64,000 bases of DNA from Acidobacteriota bacterium (GCA_965263035.1 OZ253580.1:4096001-4160000), one strand, 5' to 3'; positions 48,297 through 57,551 are shown, numbered from the stretch's first letter. Numbers and translations: made by a program. Notes: generated by a model from the sequence alone, not told the origin.

Positions 48297-49265
48297 CTAA
48301 CAGGTGGCTGCCGAAAGCGTGTCGAGTTTTAGCCGCACCGAGTCGTCCAGCGTCCAACCGACCGAACCCAGGCTGTCGTCCAGATGGGCGATCGTATCCC
48401 CGCCGGTGATGGCCACGGTGACTTCGGGGTGTGAGAGCACCCAGGCGATGGCCAGTTGCGCCGGCGTCTTGCCCAATTCTTTCGCGAGATCGAGGACGGT
48501 GGAGACGACTTCGCCGGAAACCCCCTGCATGGCGGCGGGAAACCTTCTCCGGTACCCGGCCGTTGCCCAGAGGGACCCGGAGGGGGCAGGACGGCCCGGC
48601 GAATAGATTCCGCTGAGGAGCCCGATGGCCAGCGGACTGTAGACCATGACCCCCAATCCCTGATCTCTGACCAGTCCGAACATCTCCCGCTCCAGATCCC
48701 GGTTCAGCAGGTGGTAGGGGTTCTGAACGCAGATCCAGGGTGCCGCGTTGATTCGATCGGCGACCCACAGGGCCTTGCAGACCTGCCAAGCGGTGAAGTT
48801 ACAGCAGCCGGCGTACCGAACCTTGCCCGAACGCACCAGATCGTCCAAGGCGCGGACCGTCTCCTCGAGAGGCGTGGATTCATCGAAGACGTGAGCCAGG
48901 TAGACGTCGATGTGATCGGTACCCAGCCGGGTCAGGGAACGCTCCACCTCACGCAGGATGTGGCCCCTGGACAATCCCCGATCATTCGGTCCATCGCCGG
49001 TGGGGGAGGCCACCTTCGAGGTGATGACGACATCGTCCCGCTTTCCCTTGAGCGCCCTCCCGAGGATGACCTCGGACCGGCCCGCGCTCTCGCGCTGGTC
49101 CAGCGGGCCGTATGAATTCGAGCAATCGATCAGATTGATGCCCTGAGCGATGGCGTGCTCAATGGTCCCCTGCGCCTCCGCCTCGTCCGCCTGGCCCCGG
49201 AATCCCAGGCCCAAGGCCAATCGGCTGACCTTGATGCCGGCCTTTCCGAAGTTCACATATTCCAT
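48297..49265 (-). CDS. Aldo/keto reductase
   Basis: GINLID.SNSYG, SE.ILG.AL, SL.RLGTDHID, GKVRY.G, YSPLA.GLL, QLAIAW. Confidence 0.92.
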   Translation of the reverse strand: MEYVNFGKAGIKVSRLALGLGFRGQADEAEAQGTIEHAIAQGINLIDCSNSYGPLDQRESAGRSEVILGRALKGKRDDVVITSKVASPTGDGPNDRGLSRGHILREVERSLTRLGTDHIDVYLAHVFDESTPLEETVRALDDLVRSGKVRYAGCCNFTAWQVCKALWVADRINAAPWICVQNPYHLLNRDLEREMFGLVRDQGLGVMVYSPLAIGLLSGIYSPGRPAPSGSLWATAGYRRRFPAAMQGVSGEVVSTVLDLAKELGKTPAQLAIAWVLSHPEVTVAITGGDTIAHLDDSLGSVGWTLDDSVRLKLDTLSAATC

Positions 49266-49508
49266 ACGTTCGGCCCCCTCCCGCTGGAACGTCCATGGAA
49301 CGGTGTCCCGGCGCCCAAGCCGCGATCCGAAACGCATCGACGGTCATCGTAATTCTACGATACTCCTGAGAACGGCTCGAAGCTGATCCGATCCGGACAT
49401 TCCCCTTTATCAAGGGGGAATCGACCCCTGCAAACCATCGACTTGGTTTCATCCCGAACCTCGTCATTCAGTGGTCTTGGTCGCAGTCGTAGAGAAGAAG
49501 GGAGAGAC

Positions 49509-50096
49509 TTACCCTACCTTCTTCATTTTCTTGGGCGTGCCCTGATCCGGCTCACGAAAGTAGGTCCTCGTCTGAAACGAAGCCTTGGCGTAGTTGGAAG
49601 AGCGCCTGGCGTATGAGGCGGCGTTGACCCGCATCCCGAGCGCCTTACCAGTCGCTCCAACGAAGGTCGCCTGATCTTGGTCAACACCCGCCGACATGAA
49701 CAAGAACTCCCACCCGGCCTTCTTTTTCTGGGACACCAGGGCGAGGCAGCTCTCCTGAGTATGCTCACGAGAAGCGTTCTCGTAGCCGTCGGTGTCAATC
49801 ATGACCATTACCCTGTCGCCATTGGAGGCGACAGATTCGGCGTGAGCAATAGACTTGGCGATGGCGTCGTACAGGGGCGTCATCGCTCCCGGGCGGTAGT
49901 CCTTCTCCTTCATGGGCTTCCACTTCTTGACCGATCCGCAAAAGATCTCGGTCCAGCGTTGACTGTCGAACTTGAACACTGTGAGCCGGGTCTTTTTGGG
50001 TAGTTGCTTGACGTACTCGTTCAGAGAGGTCACGACCCTGTGTTCCTGACCGCTCATGGACCCGGTCTCGTCAAGAGTTACGATTGCGTGGTTCAT
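49509..50096 (-). CDS. Stand-alone von Willebrand factor A domain protein
   Basis: LDETGSM (MIDAS), TPLYDAI, TDGYENAS, GWEFLF; AAGGAGG RBS. Confidence 0.88.
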   Translation of the reverse strand: MNHAIVTLDETGSMSGQEHRVVTSLNEYVKQLPKKTRLTVFKFDSQRWTEIFCGSVKKWKPMKEKDYRPGAMTPLYDAIAKSIAHAESVASNGDRVMVMIDTDGYENASREHTQESCLALVSQKKKAGWEFLFMSAGVDQDQATFVGATGKALGMRVNAASYARRSSNYAKASFQTRTYFREPDQGTPKKMKKVG

Positions 50097-50155
50097 TATT
50101 CCTCCTTGAGTTGAGTTTCTTCCTCGTCACGGGGATGAGGTCTCCCTGTCCTGTG

Positions 50156-51070
50156 TCAGATCTTCCTGCCGTTCCGCATCCAGAAGCTGCCGTGCGCGAG
50201 CATTCCTTCGAACCTCAACGCTTGGCCGATCCTCTTCTCGTCGCGGACCCGAAGCTCGGTTCCGAGTCCGACGCCCGGGACCTCCTCCGATTCCATGGCG
50301 CCGAAGCGCCGGATCACCCACAACGCTCGGTCGACCGAAGTGGGACCGGGTTTGTTGGGGGTTTCCAGCAGGTGCGATCGGATGAGGGCTCCCCAGTGCT
50401 CTGCCAGTAGACTGCGGGCGCCGAAGAGTTCGACAGCCGTCACCCAAGGGCCATGGGAGACGGCGATCCCGCACTGCCGAGGAAGCGGCCCAAGCTCCGC
50501 CAGCTCTTGGGCAGCCTCGGCGCGGCTCGTGTCGTGACGATAGACCTGCTTGGCGCTGTCGGCAGCTGCGACGGTGCCGGAATGCGCTTGGTGCAATCGC
50601 ATCTCGTCGTGGACTTCGCTCCAGACTGCATCTTGATCGCCGCGGCGCGAGCGGCTCTGTTCCATGGACGAGTGAACGCCCTCTTGGCTCCTTCTGCGGA
50701 CCCCCGGCGAAGCGTGCAAATCGTCGCGGTAGTAGGACCGGGCGCGGCCCCACCGCCCCTCCTCCAGGCACGAAACGGGGATCTTGAGTTCGGTCCTGGG
50801 GGGAACCAGGATGGTGATGTTGACGGCACGGTTCTGCTTGCCTCCCAGGAAGTGCTCGCCCTCGATGATGAGAACCGGCGTGTCTGTCGGGTTGACCGCC
50901 AACAGGGACCCCACCGCCGCGTCTTCGAGCTCGCGAACGTCGAGTTCCGAGGAGGGTCCCGTGTTGATCTCCGGTAATTCATTTTCCGGCAGGTAGATGG
51001 GAAAGAAAGAAACGCCAAGCCGGGTTATGGGTGAGCCGATCGCGGCGGTCGAAAGGTGTGGAATCATCAT
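50156..51070 (-). CDS. ARPP-1 (DUF6569) family protein
   Basis: GEHFLGGKQNR, IPVSCLEEGRW, DQDAVW, GVGLGTELR; GAGGAG RBS before ATG 51070. Confidence 0.8.
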   Translation of the reverse strand: MMIPHLSTAAIGSPITRLGVSFFPIYLPENELPEINTGPSSELDVRELEDAAVGSLLAVNPTDTPVLIIEGEHFLGGKQNRAVNITILVPPRTELKIPVSCLEEGRWGRARSYYRDDLHASPGVRRRSQEGVHSSMEQSRSRRGDQDAVWSEVHDEMRLHQAHSGTVAAADSAKQVYRHDTSRAEAAQELAELGPLPRQCGIAVSHGPWVTAVELFGARSLLAEHWGALIRSHLLETPNKPGPTSVDRALWVIRRFGAMESEEVPGVGLGTELRVRDEKRIGQALRFEGMLAHGSFWMRNGRKI

Positions 51071-51100
51071 AATGCTCTCCTCGAAGTTGGGTTCCAAATG

Positions 51101-51156
51101 TTATTGTCATATATACAATAATAGATATTGTAGTATTGTCAATAAGCCGGTACAAT
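51101..51156. promoter_or_regulatory. Two tandem 21-bp NrtR-type operators overlapping divergent sigma70 promoters
   Basis: TTATTGT-CATATAT-ACAATAA (51101-51121) and ATATTGT-AGTATTG-TCAATAA (51125-51145); minus TTGACA-N16-TATTGT, plus TTGTAG-N17-TACAAT. Confidence 0.8.
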
Positions 51157-51165
51157 TTTCTTGAA

Positions 51166-51924
51166 ATGCGGTCGGGCAGCCCTCCTCCGTACAATCCCGA
51201 CGACTTCCCCCGTGTGGCCGTCACGGTGGACATAGTGGTGTTCACGATCTGCGACGATGCTCTCCATGCACTGCTGGTGGAACGCGGCCAGGAGCCGTTC
51301 CGGGGGGCCTGGGCGCTGCCGGGCGGCTTCGTGCAGCCGGACGAGGATCTGGACGCCGCCGCGGCCCGGGAACTGGAAGAAGAGACAAACGTTGCCGTAG
51401 GTGTGCCTTATCTTGAGCAACTCGCCAGCTACGGGTCGCCTGGACGCGACCCACGCATGCGGGTGGTCACGGTGGCGTACTGGGCGGCGTGTGCCGAACT
51501 GGAACAACCGACGGGCGGTGGTGACGCCGCCTACTCGGACTTGGTGCCGCTGGCGAAAATCGAGCGCGGAGGTATCCGTCTAGCTTTTGACCACGACCGG
51601 ATTGTCAAGGACGCCGTGGAGCGGTTGCGCTCCAAGTTGGAGTACACGGCGCTCGCGACCAAATTCTGCCCGCCCCGATTCACCATCAGCCAGCTCCGCA
51701 GGGTGTACGAGACGATCTGGGACACCCGAATCGATCCGGGGAATTTCCAACGCAAGATTCGCGAGAACCCCTCGTTCAAAAACATCCCGATGGCGAGGTC
51801 CCCGAGTCGGCGGCGTGGAGGCCGGCCGGCCTCGCTGTGGTCCATTCCTGCTCAATCCAGAGTGGCCGTGCCTATTTCACCGATCGCGAGACGGGGCATG
51901 CCGCGCGACGACGAGGCGGAGTGA
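51166..51924 (+). CDS. nrtR: NrtR-like regulator (Nudix + winged HTH)
   Basis: VTVDIVVF, WALPGGFV..DE......RELEEET, RDPR.RVV, LAFDH..I, FTISQLRRVYE, D.GNF.RK, GGRPA.L. Confidence 0.85.
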   Translation: MRSGSPPPYNPDDFPRVAVTVDIVVFTICDDALHALLVERGQEPFRGAWALPGGFVQPDEDLDAAAARELEEETNVAVGVPYLEQLASYGSPGRDPRMRVVTVAYWAACAELEQPTGGGDAAYSDLVPLAKIERGGIRLAFDHDRIVKDAVERLRSKLEYTALATKFCPPRFTISQLRRVYETIWDTRIDPGNFQRKIRENPSFKNIPMARSPSRRRGGRPASLWSIPAQSRVAVPISPIARRGMPRDDEAE

Positions 51925-52068
51925 CTGGCTCCGCATCGCCGGCCAAGCCTCGCCGAGGCGAAGGACGCCCTACGGCCGGCCGGGGCGGGCCAGACTGACG
52001 AAAATGCCGGTAGATCCGGGCGCGCCCTACGGCGGATGCCGGGACGACCTTGGTCACGGACGGTTGAG

Positions 52069-53364
52069 TCAACCACTAGCCGAAGCAAGCGGAACCACCT
52101 CATAAGGCGCCAGGACCAGTTCCTGTTCGCCATGGCGGCGTCTGACCGTCACCATCCGCGTCGTTGCCCGGTTGTTGATGACCCAAGCGCCGTGCCCGTC
52201 GACCGCGAGCACGTCCACGCCGGCATGCGGATCGGTGTCGGCGTCGAGCAGCCGGCGACCGGCCAGCGCCGACAGTTCCTCATGGAGCGCCGTCCAGGGA
52301 CCGTCCGCCAGGGCGATGGCGGCTTCCACGATGCCGGCCTGGGCGGCGAACTTCACGAACCTGGCCAGCCACGCGGTCGCGAAGGCGGTTCCGTTGCGCG
52401 GGTCGCGCCGCGGGCGCGGGTAAGGCGGGTCGAACAGGACCGGACCTGACTGCAAGGCGGCGGTTGGGGCAAACGACCGGATCGTCGCCGCCTGGTCGAG
52501 GATGGCGGGAACGTTCTCCATGAGCGTGTCGTCGTCGTCGAGATGGACCGCCGGATTGAAGGGGATCTCAATCCTGGCCGTATCGGCGAAGGCGGCCCGG
52601 TTGCGATTGTAGTGGGTGTATTCGTGCGCGGCGCTGGTCCTGTCCGTTCGGGTCAGACGCGGCAGCCGCGCCTCGGTGGGGCCGCCGATGACGATGGCCG
52701 GCGCCGGTGGAGCTTCTTTCAGGACCCTCGTTGACGAGGTGTCTACCGCAATCTCGAGCCGCTGGCGCCGAACCGCGGCGCCTTCTACGAATGCCTTGTA
52801 AGAGCTGTCGCCGTAGTTTCGCTGATCTTCCATGTCCATCTCGGCGCCGGGGACCTCAACGGTCACGTCCACCTGCTCCCGAGTCTTAGCCTGGAGGGAG
52901 GTGAAGCCTTTGGAAAACTGGTATGGCGAAATGAAGCGGGGAAACGATTGGTTTTCCTGCCTGCCGTCCGCGAGCACGAACCCGTAGTCGCGACCGGCGA
53001 AGGTCTCGGCGCCGTAGAGGACGCAGAATCCGATGCGCGGATATTCGAAGGCGGCGCCCGGCTCCCATTCGACCTCCATGGTGATGGAGCCGTCGGCCCG
53101 CCCCTTGATTTCGCCGTTCCAGGCGACGTCCGCGATCTCATTAACGCAACGCGCCCGGAGCTCGACAGTGAACTCATCCACGCCGCTCTTGACCTCCGTG
53201 ACTTCGAAATTGGCGGGAACCGTGTCCCAGCGCGCGTCGCGGACGGCAAAATAGACCCGCCGCAGAAGTTCACGACCGTTGATGCGCAGATACCGGAGCT
53301 GGCCGTCGGCAAGCTTGAGCCGGACCGGCCCCGCGTTCAGGTACCTTCCTTCTTTACCCTTCAT
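52069..53364 (-). CDS. D-apionate lactonase-like protein (shortened)
   Basis: AGP......G.LRYL...G.E.LR...F.VRD..W.T and MEDQRN..D.SYK recalled from the ApnL family. Confidence 0.55.
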   Translation of the reverse strand: MKGKEGRYLNAGPVRLKLADGQLRYLRINGRELLRRVYFAVRDARWDTVPANFEVTEVKSGVDEFTVELRARCVNEIADVAWNGEIKGRADGSITMEVEWEPGAAFEYPRIGFCVLYGAETFAGRDYGFVLADGRQENQSFPRFISPYQFSKGFTSLQAKTREQVDVTVEVPGAEMDMEDQRNYGDSSYKAFVEGAAVRRQRLEIAVDTSSTRVLKEAPPAPAIVIGGPTEARLPRLTRTDRTSAAHEYTHYNRNRAAFADTARIEIPFNPAVHLDDDDTLMENVPAILDQAATIRSFAPTAALQSGPVLFDPPYPRPRRDPRNGTAFATAWLARFVKFAAQAGIVEAAIALADGPWTALHEELSALAGRRLLDADTDPHAGVDVLAVDGHGAWVINNRATTRMVTVRRRHGEQELVLAPYEVVPLASASG

Positions 53365-53480
53365 TCCTCATCCCTCGATCTCAACCGGATTCAAGCTGGA
53401 GCCATGATCCGTTACAAGGCGCGATACCAGCAGCCGGAAGGAGCCCGGCCGGTTTGCCGTCGATCGTTGCCGACCGATCC

Positions 53481-54323
53481 TCACGCGGCTTCGTCGCGGA
53501 TGCGGCGCCAGTCATAGGCGATGGTCCACCGCAGCGCCTCGTGGATTGCCGTACTCATGTAGGGGCAGGCGTTTCCATCCACCATGTCGTCGATCTCGCT
53601 GACCTCCGGGAGAAATTCGGCAATGAGGTCTCGCACCGGAGTCTCCAGATAGATGTCGGGCGCCGCCACGTTGAAGGGATGAAACCCTTCCATGTCAGAC
53701 TCCAGCCAGAGCCGGCAGGCGGTGGCGACATCTCGGCCGTCGACGTAGTTCCAGAGCACGTCGGTCCCCCGCGCCGGGGATTCCAAGTGCCCTTTGAAAC
53801 GCTCCTCGTAGGAGTCCTCGTAGACGATCCGCCCCAGCCGGAAAGCGGCGATGGACATGCCGTACCAGCGCGCGAAGTCTGAGGCGACCTTTTCCAGGAG
53901 AATCTTGCCCGAGGCATAGATGTTGTCGGCCCGCAACGGAGACGATTCGGTCACCGGAAGCTTCCGCACCTTCGTCATGCTCCCGTAGACCTCCATGCTG
54001 GAGGCGATCACGACCCGCCGGACGCCGGCGTTGGCGCAAGCCTGGAGGACGTTGAAGCCGCCGTTGACGACGTTCTTGAACACCGTGGTGCGCGACCAGA
54101 AGGCGTCGCAAGGCACGCTGCCCATGTGGATCAAGCCGTCCGCCCCGGCGACGGCCTCGTTCAGTCCCGAGTCATTGACCAGATCCAACTGCAGGTAGGG
54201 AAAATCGGTGGGTCCCGGCGCCAGCAGGTCAATGGGAACGACCTCGTCGCCGGCCGCCTGCAGGATCTTGACGATGCTCCTGCCCGTGCCCCCCTTGGCG
54301 CCGGTGACGACGATTCGTTTCAT
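53481..54323 (-). CDS. NAD-dependent epimerase/dehydratase (extended SDR)
   Basis: VTGAKGGTG, IASS..VYG, YASGK (YxxxK), YVDGRDVA. Confidence 0.9.
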   Translation of the reverse strand: MKRIVVTGAKGGTGRSIVKILQAAGDEVVPIDLLAPGPTDFPYLQLDLVNDSGLNEAVAGADGLIHMGSVPCDAFWSRTTVFKNVVNGGFNVLQACANAGVRRVVIASSMEVYGSMTKVRKLPVTESSPLRADNIYASGKILLEKVASDFARWYGMSIAAFRLGRIVYEDSYEERFKGHLESPARGTDVLWNYVDGRDVATACRLWLESDMEGFHPFNVAAPDIYLETPVRDLIAEFLPEVSEIDDMVDGNACPYMSTAIHEALRWTIAYDWRRIRDEAA

Positions 54324-54574
54324 GTTTGGCGTCTCCGCTGCATCGACGATGAGTGTCTACAGTTAGCCTGTGTTTCTCAATGAAATGATTGATAAAGGCC
54401 GACTACTCTTCTGTAATTATGTTTTTATAAATATGTTAAAATGCAGGAGAAACACGATCTGATTAACACAAAGTATACCAGAATAAAGCTGATGTTTCAC
54501 GGCCTGGACGGACGTCAAGTTGTCGGCCGGTTCGACGATGGATTGAAAACAGGCTCGTAGGAAAGGAGTCTGAC

Positions 54575-55050
54575 GGAATTGGAAGGGGAAGAATCAGAAG
54601 CGCCAAGCGCCGGTGTATGCGAACCGGCGGCGGATCCGCGGGAGTCCGGGACGACGGTTGCAGCGATGGCGGATCGAGTTGAAGGAGCGACCGTTCGCAC
54701 ATCGTTTCGGCACGAGAGGGTTGCACCGAATCTTCGTCCGGGGCCACGCCAACCTCCGCATGCGACTGCTGATTCAACTGTGTGGATTCAATCTGGGATT
54801 GCAGATGGGCCATCTGACGCGAGTCGGTACGCCCTGGAGTCTCCAGCGCCGCGCCCGGGCGCGGCCTTGGACGTCATTAGGGGCGGGAATGGGCCGCTGG
54901 ATGGGCTGGGATCGGCTCGGGGAGCGCTTCTGGGAGTTGATCCGCCTAAATCGCTGTTTTGGGCTACTCGGACCCATCATTAAACCATCTAAACGTCAGC
55001 TTGCAGAAAGAACATTAGTCAGAGAAATTGGGGTTTTATCCACGGGCTGA
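54575..55050 (+). pseudogene. Transposase 3' remnant (IS1182/IS5-like) with right end
   Basis: RNWKGK...VYANRRRIRG..GRRL....ERPFAH.....R...RG..N...RLLI....FNLGL; ends TTTTATCCACGGGCTG; no N-terminal part. Confidence 0.7.
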
Positions 55051-55092
55051 TAAAGCGGCCCGACTGGTTCTGCATGGATCGGGGGTTCTACG

Positions 55093-56274
55093 ATGCCCGC
55101 CTCGATCCCAGAGACTATCGGCCCCATCGGTTATCCGAGCGACGAGATCACCGACTTCATCACCCTTGCCGAGAGAGGGCTCCTCATGAACGGACACGAT
55201 GGGAATGTGGCCTTCAAGTGCACCTACAACGACGGCGGAGACACAGGCTTCGTGGGTTTCGGCGGAACTTGTACCTACGAAAACATCATCCGCAATGTGA
55301 AGACGAAACCGCGGCGTTGGTGCTCGGCCCCATCAAACCCGTGCCGGCAGTTCTGCGACAACGGATTTCAGGGAAGAAGACCGCATCATCCCTGCTACGA
55401 GAGCGAGATCATCGAGCGTTGGAGATTCGGGCCAGGCACGTATCAAACGAAGGATCGGGACGGTGAACCGATTCCGATGAAGTATGCGCAGGTGGGAAAG
55501 GTCGCACTGCTGACCACGAGGCATCCGAAGCACGATACGGAAAAGAAACGGATCGTGTTCGGCGTCTACAAGATCGAGCATGTCAGGCGAGGCAACAGCG
55601 GAGAAATCTGGATCGAGGGGAGTGCCGATCATGCGATCCGCCTGTCCGAAAGTCCTGCCTTCGCACTCCCCTACTGGACGTTCAAGCGCAAGGAGGGAGG
55701 GGCATCTCCGGCGTGGGGCTCGGGTCTTTTCCGGTATCTGTCGGATCAGGAGGTGACCAACTTCCTTCATGCTCTGAGCCCGCATCTGCAGAGCGCCCGG
55801 GACAGGACTGTGCTCGAAGATCTCCTGGAATGCTGCGGGAACCTCAAGCCCGAACTCGCCGCAGAGGAGCCGAATGGCGAGGTTCCGGAGTCCGCGTTGA
55901 AGCACAAGTACGGTCCGGGAGGGGAAGGCGAGCGGCATCGCGTGCTGAAGCAGTTTATCGCCGATCATCCTGAACGTTTGGGCCTGGGAAGAGGCAGGGG
56001 AAAAGAGGAGCACCGCTTCGTGACCGGAGATCGTGTGGACGTGTCGATCGATCTGGCCAATGGCGAGTATTGCGTGGTCGAGATCGAGATCGAGGGAGAA
56101 TCCACCAGTATCGGGGCCCACCAAGCGCTCAAATACCGTGCGTTGCGCGCTGGCGAACTGGACTCAACGGAGCTGCCTCATGCATGCCTTGTGGCGTACA
56201 GCATTCCGCAGCACGTGAAGGATTTCTGTGAGCGCCACGGCGTATTGGCGTTGGAGATTCAGCCGGAGCAGTGA
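55093..56274 (+). CDS. Cys-rich N-domain fused to a restriction endonuclease-like (PD-(D/E)XK/NucS-like) C-domain
   Basis: NVAFKCTYNDGG..C..WCS..C..PCYES; C-terminal E..H..LK.FIA.HP, EHRF.TGDRVDV, VVEIE, Q.LKY. Confidence 0.6.
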   Translation: MPASIPETIGPIGYPSDEITDFITLAERGLLMNGHDGNVAFKCTYNDGGDTGFVGFGGTCTYENIIRNVKTKPRRWCSAPSNPCRQFCDNGFQGRRPHHPCYESEIIERWRFGPGTYQTKDRDGEPIPMKYAQVGKVALLTTRHPKHDTEKKRIVFGVYKIEHVRRGNSGEIWIEGSADHAIRLSESPAFALPYWTFKRKEGGASPAWGSGLFRYLSDQEVTNFLHALSPHLQSARDRTVLEDLLECCGNLKPELAAEEPNGEVPESALKHKYGPGGEGERHRVLKQFIADHPERLGLGRGRGKEEHRFVTGDRVDVSIDLANGEYCVVEIEIEGESTSIGAHQALKYRALRAGELDSTELPHACLVAYSIPQHVKDFCERHGVLALEIQPEQ

Positions 56275-56479
56275 ACCATGGTGCCATGATTCCCGGGAAT
56301 TCAAAGGTGGCTATGTCTGGTGTTCCTGGGATGTGCGAGCCCATACTCGAAGATCAGAAGGTGTGCGTGGCAGGATAAGCTGTGCGCGTGTCTGGATACG
56401 GATCTGGTTGCTGTCCGGGTCAGGATACGCAGAGTTTCATTCGCAGGTGGCGCAAGGGGAAGATCCGTTGAAATCAGCC

Positions 56480-57388
56480 ATGACCGCCACCTTGCTCCAG
56501 TTGGGCGATTCGACATCACGCAATCTGGAGTTTTCACACCGTGATGACGTTTGGGTGAGCTACGGAGAAGAGACCATTACCGAGAGCAATCTTCTGGAAA
56601 TCAGGCGGCGGCATCCGGAACTTGTTCGTATTCGCACCTTCACGAAGCGCAAGGAGGCGAAGACCGGAGCGGACTGGGAGTGGCACATCGTCGGGCGAAG
56701 GCGAACAGTCAAGATGCGGGTACAAGCAAAGAGGCTGCAATGCGACGACGTCCTGAAGGTCAAACACAAGGTGAAATCGTCCGGCAGACAACAGCGTAGC
56801 CTTCTAATTGTCGGGGCGCGCGCTGCGAGAATGAAGCCGGTCTACTGCATATACAGTACGGAGCAACAGCGAACGATCTGGACACAGCCCAAGGGGCTGC
56901 CGGGCTACAGGACTTTCCAGACTGGCTGTTTGCTTGCCGACGCGGCGGACGTGCCACTCTGGACTAGGAAGCTCGACGAAGTCGAGCAAGAGTGCATACC
57001 TTGGCATTTTCTGTTCGAACCAACCGTCTCGATGCAATGGAGGTCGGAAATCGCCAAATTGGACTATGAGGGCCTCGTTCAGTTTGTTTCCTTCGAACGC
57101 CGCCGTTTGCCGGTCACGTTGGACGGTGAGGCAGCGGTTCCACCCGAGTCCTTGGGGTGGAACGCCCCTACGATCGATGACCTCAATGAAAACACCGGAC
57201 GGAATTTCGATTGGAACGGGGTTGAGGAAACGACGGCAAAGGATAGGGCGAGGCTCGAGCCCGAGACCGATGAAGGTCGGCGGATTGTTCAGTCCGACAG
57301 AGAACGGCTCCGAGAATTAGGCATTCTCCGCATGATGGTTATGGATGTTCGCGGCGAGCCGAAGTCGGACGAGCGATACGAATCGTAG
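56480..57388 (+). CDS. DUF6615-like PD-(D/E)XK nuclease-fold protein
   Basis: GEETIT...L, FTKRKEA.TGADWEW, RVQAKRL, P.YC.Y; start ATG 56480 or TTG 56468. Confidence 0.7.
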   Translation: MTATLLQLGDSTSRNLEFSHRDDVWVSYGEETITESNLLEIRRRHPELVRIRTFTKRKEAKTGADWEWHIVGRRRTVKMRVQAKRLQCDDVLKVKHKVKSSGRQQRSLLIVGARAARMKPVYCIYSTEQQRTIWTQPKGLPGYRTFQTGCLLADAADVPLWTRKLDEVEQECIPWHFLFEPTVSMQWRSEIAKLDYEGLVQFVSFERRRLPVTLDGEAAVPPESLGWNAPTIDDLNENTGRNFDWNGVEETTAKDRARLEPETDEGRRIVQSDRERLRELGILRMMVMDVRGEPKSDERYES

Positions 57389-57511
57389 GGGCGTGTTTCA
57401 ATGGCCAATGAAAAGAGGCATGGCAGAAAATCCATGAGTCCATGTGACTCATCCATAACGCTGAAGAACTACGCGTCGTTTCGTGACTAACTTCATCCGG
57501 AGTCCATCAGA

Positions 57512-57551
57512 AGTGTCCGAAATCGGGACAAACTGTCCGATTTCGGACACT
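57512..57551. repeat. Long hairpin between convergent genes
   Basis: AGTGTCCGAAATCG-g-GACA-aac-TGTC-CGATTTCGGACACT (18-bp stem, one bulge). Confidence 0.8.

Noticed and set aside
56228-56479. N-terminal extension of the DUF6615-like ORF
   Set aside because: It overlaps the upstream gene and has atypical composition; family-like sequence begins near 56468-56480
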